NCBI GenBank assembly: GCA_964188305.1
Contig: OZ076885.1
Length of the DNA: 64,000 nt
Strand: one strand, 5' to 3'
Source: Podarcis bocagei
Lineage: Eukaryota
The notes beneath the pieces were generated by a model. It was not told the DNA's origin. It did not search any database and worked only from the letters and a program-made list of their open reading frames with translations. This document shows positions 24,507 through 37,192 of the stretch, piece after piece. The position numbers were made by a program, and so were the translations under genes. Every line of letters starts with the position of its first letter. Positions within the stretch are counted from its first letter, which is position 1.

Positions 24507-25202
24507 GTATATTCTTTTGTGTGTGTGCGTGTGTGTGTATGCACACAGGCCTACGCACACACACGTTTTCCTGTAGTTGGAGACACACCTCAGGTCTTAA
24601 ACACCATGATGCTGGGCCTGTGTGCCAAGATTTGTTTGATGTGCTGTGGTGATGAATGTTGAAGTCACTCACTTGACATCAATTAGGAGAGGTTCCTATG
24701 TGTATTAAAATAGGATCATTAGAATAAGAAGAGGGAAAATGTGACAACAGGCCTAATGAAGTGCAGTCTGCTGGCCTGCATATGGAGCGTGCTTCTAGGC
24801 TGAGCTGGCTTCAAAGCCTGCCTTTGTAGAGAGGGCTTTGATTGGGCCGTTTGCTGCCAGTCGACAAGGGTAAATCAGATCGCTGTACAAGAGCCCCTTG
24901 TGATCACAGAAATAGCCTGATGTGGCCCTCATTTGCTATTGCAGAAAGACATCTGAACACTGTTCCAGGCTGGTTTGCAACAACTAGGCAATTAGTTGCG
25001 ATAATCATAGCTGGTGTGTCAGCTGTGCACTCTTGTTTGTAATTTGCTAATGAAGGAATTGTAACTTCATTTAGACCTTGTTATATAGGAGAACATTTAC
25101 AGTCATAGTATGTGGCCTTAATTAAACTTCCTCGTTACACTACAGGATTTGAAATTGAGGATTTGTTTTGGTTTGTTTGACTGGTGCAGGTTCACTTGAG
25201 TA

Positions 25203-25252
25203 GTGTGTGTGTGTGTGTGTGTGTAGAGAGAGAGAGCGAGAGCGCGAGAGAG
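25203..25252. repeat. Compound (GT)n(AG)n microsatellite
   Basis: Seen directly. Confidence 0.9.
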
Positions 25253-25686
25253 CATATCTGTTACTAAACTTAGGACTCATAATTTTTGGCCTGTACATCA
25301 GTTCAACATATTTATGATACTTGGGTATTCTGAGGTTTTTTGGGCTTTGATAACTTGACCGTTGAAGTCAATGTCCTTGGTCCCCATTAACTTGCTCGGA
25401 AAGTTTCCCGTGGCAAAGAAGTTAGGTGGTGTGCCTTCTCATAAACATTTGCCATGTTTCCTTGATAATTTAGGTGATTTAACCTGTAATAACTTGTGGC
25501 CCTCCACATGTTGTTGGACTACAGCTTCCATCAGCCCCAGCCAGTGAGGTCAGTGGTCGAGAATGATGGGAGTTGTAGCCCAGCAAAATCTGGAGGGTCA
25601 CAGGCTCCCTACCTTGGCTTTGCATCTTGATAGTAGAAAAATGCAAATATTCTGTGTGCCACTAATGATGTTACTAAAAACTATTT

Positions 25687-25687
<1 letters not shown>

Positions 25688-25730
<43 letters not shown>
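25688..25730. repeat. (TAA)n microsatellite
   Basis: Seen directly. Confidence 0.95.
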
Positions 25731-25731
<1 letters not shown>

Positions 25732-26405
25732 TGATAGCAAAATATTTCAGAATATAATTTGTATAGGGATTTTTACAAATTAGCCTTCTTAGACTCAGTT
25801 TTTCTCAGGACACATGTGGGAAAGGCTAGAAATTAAAATATTGAAAATGGTTGAAGATTTATCAAAGGCTAAACACCCCCCCCCCATCATCTGCCCCTAA
25901 ACTCATGTGTTGGAGGATAATTTTAAAGTTTCATTGGGGTCTGTGAAGTTGAACCTGGATAAAAGTTGCTATGTTACTTGTGTTTACACTAAGGCCAGAA
26001 AGTGCTTAGTAATCCCCATATTTCTATTTTCCCCTTAGGGGCGCAAAAATGTGGTTTATTGAATACCAGGCTTGCAATATATGTAGTAGTGATTTAAATT
26101 CTGAGTATGGCTTGGAGATTGCAGGATTTTTCAAGTCCAGCTAGAGAACAACTAATAGCCCAAACGCTGGAACAATAGTCAGCTGTTTGACACTGTTGCC
26201 AAAATCAGCACCAGTGTCTCCTATAAAGAGTGACTGAAATGCCACATTTCTATGTCAAGATTGCCTTTGTTGTGAATATTGCCCTTTCCCAGTATATTGG
26301 GAAACCCAAAATTAGGGAGTCAAGCACTGTTCTTTTCATCCCTGGCAAGAGCTTTGTGCTCAGATTGGCCCAACAGTCCTTCAGCATGGCTATCATCCTC
26401 TAAAA

Positions 26406-26982
26406 CAGGGGTCCTCAAACTACGGCTCGTGGGCCAGATCCGGCCCGCCAGGGTCCTGAACCCACCCCACCTGGCAGTCGCTGCAGCTGCAGCAAGATGA
26501 ACCTTTTCGGCCCGCCAAGCAGCACAAGGGGAAGCCAACAGCCACTGCGGCAGCGGCTCCAGTGAGAGCAAGATCGAGAAACAACCTCGCTGGGTGGGTA
26601 GGCGGCGCTTGGGCCCCCCAAGCCCGGCGCGGGTTGGCTGGGGTGAGGGAGTGGAGGCGGGGCGAGAGGCGAGCTGGCTGGCTAGGGTTGAGGTGAAGGA
26701 AGCAGCGCGGCCTCAAGCGAGGGCTGCTGTGGTGGCGGCGAAGCAGCAGCAGCAGAAGATACAGTCGGGGCTATGGCATGTTTGGGTTCTCTTCCCTCGC
26801 TGCTGGGCACACGGCTGGGGCCCAGGCGGGTGCGTGACAGCCGAAGGTGAGAGCCCTTCCTTCCCGTGCCGTCGTCCTCTCGCTGCCACCCACCTCCCTT
26901 CTGTTCCCTTCCCTGTCCAGCCCCCAACAGTGTCTGAGGGACAGTGAACTGGTCCCCTGTTTAAAGGGTTTGAGGACCCCTG
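26406..26982. mobile_element. hAT-Charlie-type non-autonomous DNA transposon
   Basis: CAGGGGTCCTCAAAC...GTTTGAGGACCCCTG TIRs; perfect 8-bp TSD CTCTAAAA. Confidence 0.93.
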
Positions 26983-27390
26983 CTCTAAAAAGAAGGTTTG
27001 GAGTGAGAACTTGTTTTTATTTCTAAAACGTCTGCTTCTGGGCCAGTAATCTCTCATAGCTCACACATTTTAAAATATATTTCATGTAGCAAAACAATTA
27101 GTATGGAAACTAAATAATATACTATCAATTGTAAAACAGCAGCAGGGAACTACAGGCTACATCTAGACACAGTAAGACTAACCCACCACTAGCTCGTGCT
27201 CAATTGTTTCTGAGAAAAAATGAATGCTTTCCAAAGTAGGAAAGTTTCAGCGGTTTTAACTGAAGGAAAGGAGAGAGCTTAGCAGGCAAGAATTCCTGGG
27301 CAAATAATTCCTAGTAGCTGCTTATTGGATCTCACATGGCTGGGCTGGGACAAAGCAGAGCCTCTTCTGCTTAACTTGAGGACATCCATA

Positions 27391-28768
27391 CAGTGGTGCC
27401 TCGCAAGACGAAATTAATTCGTTCCGCAAGTCTCTTCGTCTTGCGAGTTTTTCGTCTTGCGATGCACGGTTTCCCATAGGAATGCATTGAAAATCAATTA
27501 ATGCGTTCCTAGGGAAACCGCCTTCAGACCAGGTCCGGGGACAGTCTGTCCCCGGACCTCTTCTGAAGGCTGGGGGGGGGGACAAGGGCTTTTCTTCCCA
27601 CCCCCAGCATTTTAAAAAAAACCCGGGACAGCAGAGGACTTCTCCGCTGTCCAGGCGATCTTAAAATGCTGGCGGGCGGCATTTTAAAATCGCCCCGGAC
27701 AGCGGAGGACTTCTCCGCTGTCCGGGGCGATTTAAAAGCCCCTGGGAAGGCAGGCAGGGGGGACAAAGACTTTCGCACCCTGCCCGCCTTCAGAAGGTGT
27801 TCCCGCCCCCAGCCCCGCTTCGGAACAGCGTTCCGAAGTGGGGCGGCTGGGGCAGGTGTTCCCGCCCCCCCTCCCCGCTTCGGAACAGCGTTCCGAAGTG
27901 GGGCGGCTGGGGCAGCTGTTCCCGCCCCCCCTCCCCGCTTCGGAACAGCGTTCCGAAGTGGGGTGGCTGGGGCAGCTGTTCCCGCCCCCCTCCCCGCTTC
28001 GGAACAGCGTTCCGAAGTGGGGCGGCTGGGGCAGCTGTTCCCGCCCCCCCTCCCCGCTTCGGAACAGCGTTTTAAAATGCTGGGGGTCGGCAGCGAAGCG
28101 TTCGCTGCCGACCCCCAGCATTTTAAAATCTCCCCGGGACAGGGGGAGATTTTAAAATGCTGGGGGTCAGCAGCGAATGCCCGACCCCCAGCATTTTAAA
28201 ATCTCCCCGGGACAGAGAAGTCTCTGCTGTCCCGGGGAGATTTTAAAATGCTGGGGGTCGGCAGCCCCCCAGCATTTTAAAATCTCCCCGGGACATGGGG
28301 AGATTTTAAAATGCTCCCGACTTCTCTGCTGTCCCGGGGAGATTTTAAAATGCTGGGGGTCGGCAGCTAACGCTTCGCTCCCGACCCCCAGCATTTTAAA
28401 ATCTCCCCGGGACAGAGACTTCTCTGCCTTCCCTTGGAGATTTTAAAATGCTGGGGGTCGGCAGCGAACGCTTCGCTCCCGCCCGCCAGCATTTTAAGAT
28501 TGCCCGGGGCAGGCGGGGGGGGGAGGGTAAGGCAGGCGGGGGGAGCAAAGACTTTTGCCCCCCGCCGGCCTTCAGAAGAGGTCCTCTTCTGAAGGCCGGC
28601 TGTGGGCGAAAGTCTTTGCTCCCGACCGCCAGCATTTCCCTATGGGCTTTCGTCTTGCGATGCAAGCCCATAGGGAAATTCGTCTTGCGAAGCGCCTCCA
28701 AAACAGAAAACCCTTTCGTCTTGCGGGTTTTCCGTCTTGCGAGGCATTCGTCTTGCGGGGTACCACTG
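27391..28768. mobile_element. Tigger/pogo-type non-autonomous element with internal tandem and palindromic arrays
   Basis: TA|CAGTGGTGCCTCGCAAGACGAA ... TTCGTCTTGCGGGGTACCACTG|TA; subterminal TTCGTCTTGCG repeats; 60-bp tandem units and hairpins. Confidence 0.92.
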
Positions 28769-29367
28769 TACCTCCATTTGATTATTGTAGTTGTTACTAC
28801 AAATGTTTCTGTCTGCTATGTGTTTTCTAAATTGTGCTTTTTGGTACTGTTGGCCTTGTCATCTTTTTTTACTAACATTTCCATACTATTCCTGATGTTC
28901 AGTCCATGAGTGCTGTTGCTCACATAATCAAAACTGTATCCCCATTGCCCAAGAGTGAGCTCTGAGGCTGCTTGGGACACCCTTCCACTAAGGCTTGCAG
29001 AAGTCCAAACATTCCTTAGGCAGAAATTCTAAGACAGCCCAGAGAAGACTGTGACTGTTTAGTGCTAGAGATGGAAGGGAAACCTGCTGGGAGGAGAATG
29101 GAAGGGAGTTGTTGAGATTCTGAGTAAAGAGCTTGCTCTCCCAAGGGCAGCATTTTGTTGCCAATCCAAACTGTATCATTTATTAACATCTTATTTATCC
29201 TCTGTTGCTGTTTTATTTTGTTAGAGTATTTTTTTTCCATAGCAAGCACTATATTTCAACAAAATCAAAGTAAAATTGCGGAAATTTCATGTTGTGAAAC
29301 ACTTTTCTTTCCTTGGGCATTTACTCATACTTGGTTTTCATAACATCTAATAACAGTGGAGATACAT

Positions 29368-29369
<2 letters not shown>

Positions 29370-29404
<35 letters not shown>
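29370..29404. repeat. (AC)n microsatellite
   Basis: Seen directly. Confidence 0.95.
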
Positions 29405-29408
<4 letters not shown>

Positions 29409-29524
29409 CTATAATGTGACGGGGGTCCCGTACTCCCTTCTGCTGCTGTGTACATAATAAAGGGGTACTAGTTATTGAAGAGGTGTTTTGTGTTTTCATT
29501 CCCTTTACTATTTTTTATTTTATT

Positions 29525-29773
29525 TTATTGGTACTGTTCTGTTCTATTAACTAGCTTCTTTGCTAATGATAGTTGCCAGATTTTATTGTACCATGAAGAC
29601 AGCATGGCATCCTTCAACAGTTTCCAATATCTGGCTATCATTAGTCTTGCTGCTACCAATAATTGTCCAGTAAGGTGTTTATAATGCAGGTCCATAATAT
29701 CTCTCAAATAAAGGTTGGGTAGTGCCAACTCTGGACATTTAATAACCTGCCCCATTATTATTTTAACCCCCAC
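29525..29773 (-). mobile_element. L1 ORF2 C-terminal fragment
   Basis: LLVAARLMIARYWK...SWYNKIWQL motif typical of the non-mammalian L1 ORF2 end. Confidence 0.7.
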
Positions 29774-30951
29774 AAAGCATGTTCATCATATATGCTGATG
29801 CTGAAAAGAAAAAGATGTGCTGCTGAACTGAGTTGCCATCGAGCTGTTTGCCGTGAGACCAAGAGATTCTTCCTGCTAAGCCACCACCAAATGTTGCACA
29901 CTCTTCTACCTGCTACCTGCCCCTATTAAATCTTCTACAATGTGTGGTTTTTGTTAGTTGATATATTTAAAATATTTTTAAGTTTGCTGCCTTCGTGGTT
30001 ATATATGCGGATCTCAACATTTTTAATTACTTGACCAAGAAAAACGTATGTGGTTTTAATTTATCTAGGGCTGTGAATAGAATGATTACATGTGACTATG
30101 TAAATTGAAAAGAAATGTGATTCACGTTTGTGAAGACATATATAATTACTGGTACATATAGGAGTGTTCGTATAAACATATTCCTCACAAAATACGATCA
30201 TTAAAATATGCTTTCCTGCAGCAGTGCTGCCAAATAAGAGGGCTATGTTTGAAATTGTTGTGAATCTTTGCGTTCCCTGTTTCCACCCCTCTGTCTAGCT
30301 GCAGATGCACAAAAAATAATTTAACATCAAGTCAGCTATAAAACTGCTCCGATGCTTTTCAGTAAGTTACAACTAGTACATGAAATTTCATGAACAAAAT
30401 TACTCTTACTGTAATGTTATATAGCATAACCTTGACTAAATAAACGGTAGCTTCTTCCCAGTACCAGAATGTTAACAGTTCTGTATAGCCAGGGCTGGAA
30501 ACATATTTTTCAAAATTCCAGACACTAAGTATTTGTGGGTCAGGGTTCTAGGAGTCTACCCACACACTGCAGAGAATAGTCATATATGTCAGTGAGATAG
30601 ATTTAGTGTAAGTGGGCAGTAGACAAGACTTTATGCTACTAACCAATCTGGTTACCTGTCTAAAGCCACAGCATTTTCTCTTTTAAAAAAGTATCAGGAG
30701 AGGTGAATGTTGCAGTGAAGTCTACTGTGATAGGGCTGTGACCATCTTTTTATCCAGGCAAGTGTTGTACATAAAAACTAAATCTTAATTTCAATTGATG
30801 GTTTGAAAACAAAATAGCGCTCGTCACAGTTTGTGTAATTTTCTAATCTGAGACCTTGTCTGATTTGAGCCAATGGCTGGATGCAGTTTGAAAGTTGATT
30901 GGGGTATATATTCAAGGCAGAATTGAGTGTTCCATAAAAGCTCCCGAAATT

Positions 30952-32860
30952 TGGTTGTTGCCCTCCGTCTTGTCATGGGAGACAATGGAGGAGTAAGCCT
31001 TTTGGAGTGAAGTCAAACTGTTGGAAGGTTTCAGCGTCTGCTGTGATTTTATGCAGAAGAGACATGTTTTGTTGCAGCTGGGGCAGATGAAGGCAACTGG
31101 TTGTTCTGCTGCAGCTGCACCATGATGTTCCTTCTCTCTGCACTCCTCCCAACAGTCATTCCTCCTCTGGTCATTACAGATGCATAACCTGTCTGTCTGT
31201 CTCCAGGCACTGGGGTCGTCTGCTAGGGATTCCCACATGGCAGGATGTTGCCAGCCTTCATGTTACATTTGTAGACATCTTTGTAACACGGAGTTGGAGA
31301 TCCTGCCATCCTCCATTCTTTGGACATGACCAAGCCAGCATAGATGTCACTGAGATGGGAGTGTGAACATGCTAGAAATGTGGGCTTGGGAGAGTACATC
31401 TTTGTTTGAAACTCTTATTTTGAAATGTGATACTCAAAATCTTCCAGTGCATGTGGAAGGCCTTGAGGCATTGTTCCTGGCAGTTGTAAGTTGGCCACAG
31501 CTCACTTCCATAAAGCAGCATGCTGAATATGCAAGCCTGGTAGACCTTCATATTGGTATTGGATGTTATCATCACATTCCCTTTTCGAGAGCCAAGCCAT
31601 TGCTGTAGCTGTCTTGTCAATACAATTGTGCAGCTCAATATTGATGAAGAGGTTGCTGATTATGGTGCAACCCAGGTAGACAAAATCGTCTACCACCTCA
31701 AATGTGTGATTAACAGTGCTGATGTGTGGAGTGCTGTCGAAATCCTGACGCAGGATGTTGATCTTTGGCTGTCTGATGGTTAGGCCGAAATCTCTGCAGA
31801 CTTGGGTAAAAAGGTTGTTAAGTCTCTGTAGAGCTTCCTCGGGAGTGTGTTGTCAAGGCTTGTTTCATCTGCACACACTACCTCTTGGATAAGGACCCGC
31901 CATGCTTGTCTTGGCCCAGTGACATTCCAGATTGAACAGACCCTGTTGCTCCTCAAATGACAGTACACATCACCTCTGGTCGAGCTGAAGGCATGTGAAA
32001 GCAACAGGGAGAAGAATGTGCCAAAGAAAGTTTGGATGTGAACACAGCCCTGTTTCGCACTGCACTTTATAGGGAAGATGTCCCAAGGATGAACCGTCAT
32101 ACTCAACTGTGCCGCATATGTTCTTGCTGAAGGACACAATCATCTTATGAAGCTTAGGTTTGCATCCTATCTTGTTGAGCTGTGTGAAAAGTCCATTTTG
32201 GCTGACGAGGTCAAAGACCTTTGTCAGGTCTATAAAGGTGATGTACAAGGGGGGGGGGGTCTCTGCTCTCTGCATTTCTCCTGAAGCTGGTCAGGTGAGA
32301 AAATCATGTTGGCCTCTGAGCTCTAAAGTTGCACTGTGACCTAGGATAGACCCTGTCAGCAGGTGACTGGTATATGTTGAGAACTACACAGGTAAAGGCT
32401 TTCCCCACAGTACTCAGCAGGGATATCTCACGGTAGTTTTTACAGTCATGGTGATCACCTTTGTTTTTGTAGGGTCACAATGCTAGAGTTGTGGCATGAA
32501 TCCTTGTTCTCAAAACTGCCCAATCCTTTGGGCATCACTCCTTGCCTTTCTCAGTGTAGCAAGTATCTTTATGCAGGGCACACACGTAACTCACAAGAGC
32601 CTTACCTTTTGCAGCGATAACAGGCTTCACGCCCTTTATGCAGGCCTCAAACCAGTCGGGGATCTGTTGCTCTCTTTTGCCAAAGGAGGACATAGCTCTG
32701 TTGTAGATTGCCTCTTCGATATGGTTCCACCTTGCTTTGATGCTATCTCTGGGGCAGTTCATTAGAGTTTGTTTGGCGGAATTAGAGAAGCATTCACAAA
32801 GTTCAGGTATGATGTTCTGGCAATGTTGATTCAAGACCGCACTTTCTACCATAGGCCCTC
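30952..32860 (-). mobile_element. RTE-clade LINE, 5'-truncated and decayed
   Basis: LYITFIDLTKVFDLV, KQGCV, VDDFVYLGCTI, SMLLYGSELW, WESLADDPSAWRQ and FICPSCNK motifs; short CAA-type tail. Confidence 0.9.
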
Positions 32861-32944
32861 TTTGACTAGAGATTAGCTGATCTGTATCTGGAAAACTAGT
32901 GAAGGATTGGGGTTGAAACTTGATTGCTTATTCATCTTGTCAAA

Positions 32945-33135
32945 GTGTGATGGTTACAGTATTGGACTAGGTCCTGAGAGACCAGGTTCAAATTCCCAGT
33001 TAGCCATTAGGTTCACTGGGTGATGTTGGGCTAGCCACAGTGTCTGAACCTAACCTCACAGGGTTGGTGCAAGGATATAATGGGGGTGGGGCAAAGTGTG
33101 TCCTCGGAGGAAAGGTAGGATATAAATGTAAAAAC
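32945..33135 (+). mobile_element. tRNA-derived SINE with L2-type tail (Squam3-like)
   Basis: A-box-like GTGATGGTTACAG and B-box GGTTCAAATTCCC; core CCTCACAGGGTTG; GGATATAAATGTAA tail. Confidence 0.7.
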
Positions 33136-34134
33136 AGATAACTATATCACTAAAATAATTCCCTTCCTGCAGGTATGTTTTGATACCTACTTTATTTTTT
33201 AATTAAGTTTAACTAATCTAATTTTAATTTCCACATGGTGCCTTGGGAGGCACTGTTGTAGAGGGTCCCCTCTACCTCCAGTGTATTGCTGTGTGCATTG
33301 CAGGGACCAAGTCTACCTTAGGGCAGGGATGAAGAACCCTTTTCAGCTGGTGGGTCAGATCTACTTGTGGCCAATCTCCACACAGGCCACATTTCAAAGG
33401 TGGGTGGGGTCATTTGATGTCAAGTTTATCTAGCCCACACTTGAAGCGGTGCTCCTAATTTTTCCTTCCTAAGTGTGGCTAACCTTCATTGTCATTTAAA
33501 TTTGGCAACAAAAGCAGGTTGTGCTGCTGCTTCATTTGGGAGCTCCCAGCTGAATCTGACGCTGGCAGCACAGCTTGCCTTTGGTGCCAATTGTAAATGG
33601 CACCAAATATAAACCACAATTTGCAAAGGAACAATCAGGTGCTCGCTCTAAGGCACGCAATTGGGCTCACAATTGTTACTCTGCAGCTGCCGCTTTACTT
33701 GACATGCATCTGATGTCATATCACATCAGATGAATTACAGGTTTGTATGGCTGGGGAAAATGGCTTCATGGGCCAAATGAGGACTCCTAGAGGGCTTAAT
33801 TTGTCTCAAAGGCCAGAGGCTCCCTATGCTTGCCCTCTAGGGGTGAATTCTGCTTCAGGTTGGCTTTAGCGTGATGGAGGAGGTAATACTCTTATAGTCC
33901 AAACTTAAAACACGTTTTTTCTTATTCATAATTCTTATTCACTTTTGGGAGGTGGGGGAGAATCTTGTTGTCATGTAAAGGCCAAGTCAGAATGAGATTT
34001 GAAAACTGTCTGTCAAGATCAAACACAGAACCCATATGGATAATCTTATACTTCTATTTTTATGCCCTCCAACTACCTGAACTATGCAATACAGTTTCTC
34101 AAGGTATGAATATTTACAGCTGTGCCATTTATTT

Positions 34135-34879
34135 TAAGGTTACCAGATTTTTTTCAAAGAATCCGGGGACACTTTTTTTAAAAAAAAATTAAAATAATAA
34201 TTAAGTAGTAATATCTTCTCTTCTGTGGTCTCCTCTGTCGCGCAGCCTTCCTCTGGGCCCTGGCCTGCTATCTTCGAGTGCTAGCTGCCGTGGAGTAGGC
34301 TCAGGTTGGGCCTGGGCTCTGCCACGTGTCCTTGCCCTCCTGGTGCTCTCCTATCTCTCCTCCTCAGTGGTGCGGCAAGGTCAGGGCTCCCCTCTTTTTT
34401 CTCCTTCCTCTTTCTCCCTCTTCCTTCTCCTTCTCCTCTCCTTCTTCTCCCTGCTGGGAGCGCTGCTGGGCAGTCAGCTGGGTGGCCAGGCACTCTCGTT
34501 CCCTGCTCAATTTGGGTCACGGGGGGGGGGGGTCAGCAGTTCCCCCAGTTGTCACGCTGGGCGTCCCTAGTTCCCCCTTGGCTGTGGCAGTGGCAGCAGC
34601 AGTCTCAGCAGCTCGGAGCTAGCCTGGTAGTGCAGTTGGCTCTGGCTGGCTTCAGGACCTGCTTGCTGCCATGGCGCCCACCATTTTGCCTCGCAGGAAG
34701 TCCCCATATGATGTGTCTTGTGCCGTTGAACCAATCACACAACGTTCATTCCCTACAAATAAATCTGCAACACTTAAAATATAAATCCGGGGATATTAAA
34801 TGAAATCCGGGGACATTCCGGGGACGGATTTGGAAATCCGGGGACTGTCCCTAGGAAACGGGGACATCTGGTAACCATA
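34135..34879. mobile_element. hAT non-autonomous element
   Basis: TAAGGTTACCAGAT...ATCTGGTAACCATA TIRs; TSD ATTTATTT/ATTTACTT; subterminal AATCCGGGGAC repeats. Confidence 0.85.
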
Positions 34880-35073
34880 ATTTACTTCCCATCTCATGGA
34901 GAAACATTGTTTTTCCCAGTAAATACAAACCCTTGCTTGTGAAAAATTCTGGATACTTCTAACCTGATCCTCATTCCCGCTTCGTCTATTGGGAATTACT
35001 TGCAAATATAATAAAATTGCAGCCGTGACCTTCAGGGTTAGGGATGTTGCTTAGTATTCTTGTGTGTGTACAG

Positions 35074-35241
35074 GCAAACGGCGTTTCCGTGTGCTGCTCT
35101 GGTTCGCCAGAAGTGGCTTAGTCATGCTGGCCACATGACCTGGACAAACGGCGGCTCCCTCAGCTAGTAAAGCAAGATGAGTGCTGCAGCCCCAGAGACG
35201 TCCACGACTAGACCTAACGGTCAGGGGTCCCTTTACCTTTA
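35074..35241 (+). mobile_element. Sauria SINE, 5'-truncated
   Basis: GGCCACATGACC body, ACCTTT tail, 9-bp TSD TGTGTACAG. Confidence 0.88.
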
Positions 35242-37192
35242 TGTGTACAGATATGCAAGCAAGTCCTTCTTAACTATAAGCAGACATAATTCAGCAGTGC
35301 ACATAAAGCTGGATGAGCAACAGTATTGGATTGTATCCCAAAATTATATAAAATGTCTGTTTAGTTTTGGATATGTTTCGATTGTTATAGCAAATTTGTT
35401 TGAATGTATGCTTGTTGGGGGAAAATAATTTGAAATGTGAAACTTGTTTTAAATACATATTCAAAGTATTTCTTTTCATGGTGACTTAAATAATGATTTA
35501 AATCAACTACTGCTGCTGTATTGTGTCCCATATTTTATGTTTGTATACAGTTTATGATTTTGTTGTGTAGGATCTCATAGAAAATGAGTCCACCCGCACT
35601 AGATTATATAAACTGTTTTCAGCTTCCAAGAATCATGTTTGTAAGCTTGCTTTCCATTTTCTGCCAAATCTCTGTCAGTAGGACATATTAAAGCAAAAAG
35701 TGCACAACAAGATACATAAAAGCAAGAGGCACAGCTCAGCAGTGAGTGGGCTTGTCGTGTATTAATTTTTCATTGCTGTGGAGAATTGTACGTACATAAT
35801 CGCTTGATTGCAGTGGGAGTTAGCAATCTCCTATGGTGTCATTTGCATAAATCTTGTTAAGTCAATGGCAGTTAATGAAGTACAAATGAGCCTGGAGAAG
35901 GTGACATGCAAATCGTGGGTGGCAGATGGGAGGTCTGTTTTTGGGATGGCAGCTGTGTGCTATTTCCCTTTTTTCTTTCTAAATTGGGGCATAAATAAAT
36001 AGTAAGAACTGGCCTTTAATGCTCTGGCTCTATGTCTCCAGTATCTATATTACTGAAAAAACACACCATTTAAATAATAAACATATATGACTTAATCAAC
36101 AGAATACCTTCTAGATTTTCAGTAAACTTTGAATAATCAGTTGTTAGACAACAAATCTAATGAGGGCAGCAGCCGTTCACCTCCAATGCAAAACAGAATG
36201 AGAAGTGAATCTCTCTAAAACCATCAGAAATGTGTCAGCTAACAAGCATTCCCCAAAGGTAACTGGCTAGAGAGCGGCAGTGCCTGAGCAAGAGTTGTTT
36301 ATACAAGAATAGTAAAATCTAATAGCAAGTGACTGACTCACTTTCAGCTCAAGTTTGTCAACTTAAATTATGGGCATAAGGATAGTATCTCTTGCTAAGA
36401 TAGGATTGTGACAAATGTCTCGATATTTTCTTGATTTAATAATCATATATTTTATTGTTTCAGATGTTTAATATGAATTAAATAAAAGGAGGTTGCAAGT
36501 GGATTCAGAGTCTGTCGAAAATATCACGGCTTGCATTATTAGCCAACTTTAAACAGTGCCAAATTTAAATGGCTCTCAGTCATTCCTTTGCAAGTGCACC
36601 TTGTATTCAGTGCTGTTGAAATTTGTTTCCAAATTCAAGCCATGCTGCTTTGAGACAGGGCTGGAGGAGGATCCAGTTGGTGTCATATGGTGAATGATTC
36701 CCTGCTCCTGAAATAACATGTTGGGTGATAGGATGGCAGGTGCACAAGCAGCCACTGTCCAGGACAGCTGAGCTTGCCTCCTCTTGCCGTTCAAGAGTGC
36801 ATCAAACCCTTTCTGGCTGTCCAGTAGGAGGCAGCTGGATTGGTGCGCTGGTGGCTGCTGCTGGCACAGCAGCCGGGGCTGAATGCATCCCTTCCAACTA
36901 GGGGCTTGCTGGTGAGGAGGGTTTGGCTCAAATGACAGCCCTCTGGACAGCTCCTGGACCCTGATACCTTCAAGGTTAGAGTAGATGGATTATATCAAGT
37001 CCTTGCAACCTAATGAAAGAAGCAGAATGAGGAGAAGTGGCACAGGCATTTTTGCATGTTTTCCCCTTTAATATTAGGAAGAAACAGTAAACATATGAGT
37101 AGGCAGAATTGGGGTCCTTTACTGTCTCCTTTTCATTCAAGTGTTATATTAGTTTTCTTTCCTTCCAACAGTAAATCCGCTCCACTTCCCAG

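Noticed and set aside
26039-26062. Cryptic AGAP1 terminal exon GRKNVVY* after a strong TTTTCCCCTTAG acceptor
   Set aside because: Only a splice-like motif; no homology or expression evidence.
27797-28500. CRISPR-like palindromic repeat array
   Set aside because: No unique spacers and no cas genes; eukaryotic intron; enclosed by Tigger TIRs with a TA TSD.
27666-28909. Several 90-177 aa repetitive ORFs
   Set aside because: By-products of GC-rich tandem repeats, open in multiple frames, with no transposase motifs.
32945-33010. tRNA gene
   Set aside because: Decayed A/B boxes followed by a SINE body and tail; no cloverleaf.
34281-34803. 165-aa ORF with a hydrophobic, signal-like stretch
   Set aside because: Low-complexity CT-rich interior of a hAT MITE.
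36576-36990. Minus-strand frame with LFQEQGIIHHMT (integrase-like)
   Set aside because: A single short motif without supporting DDE context.
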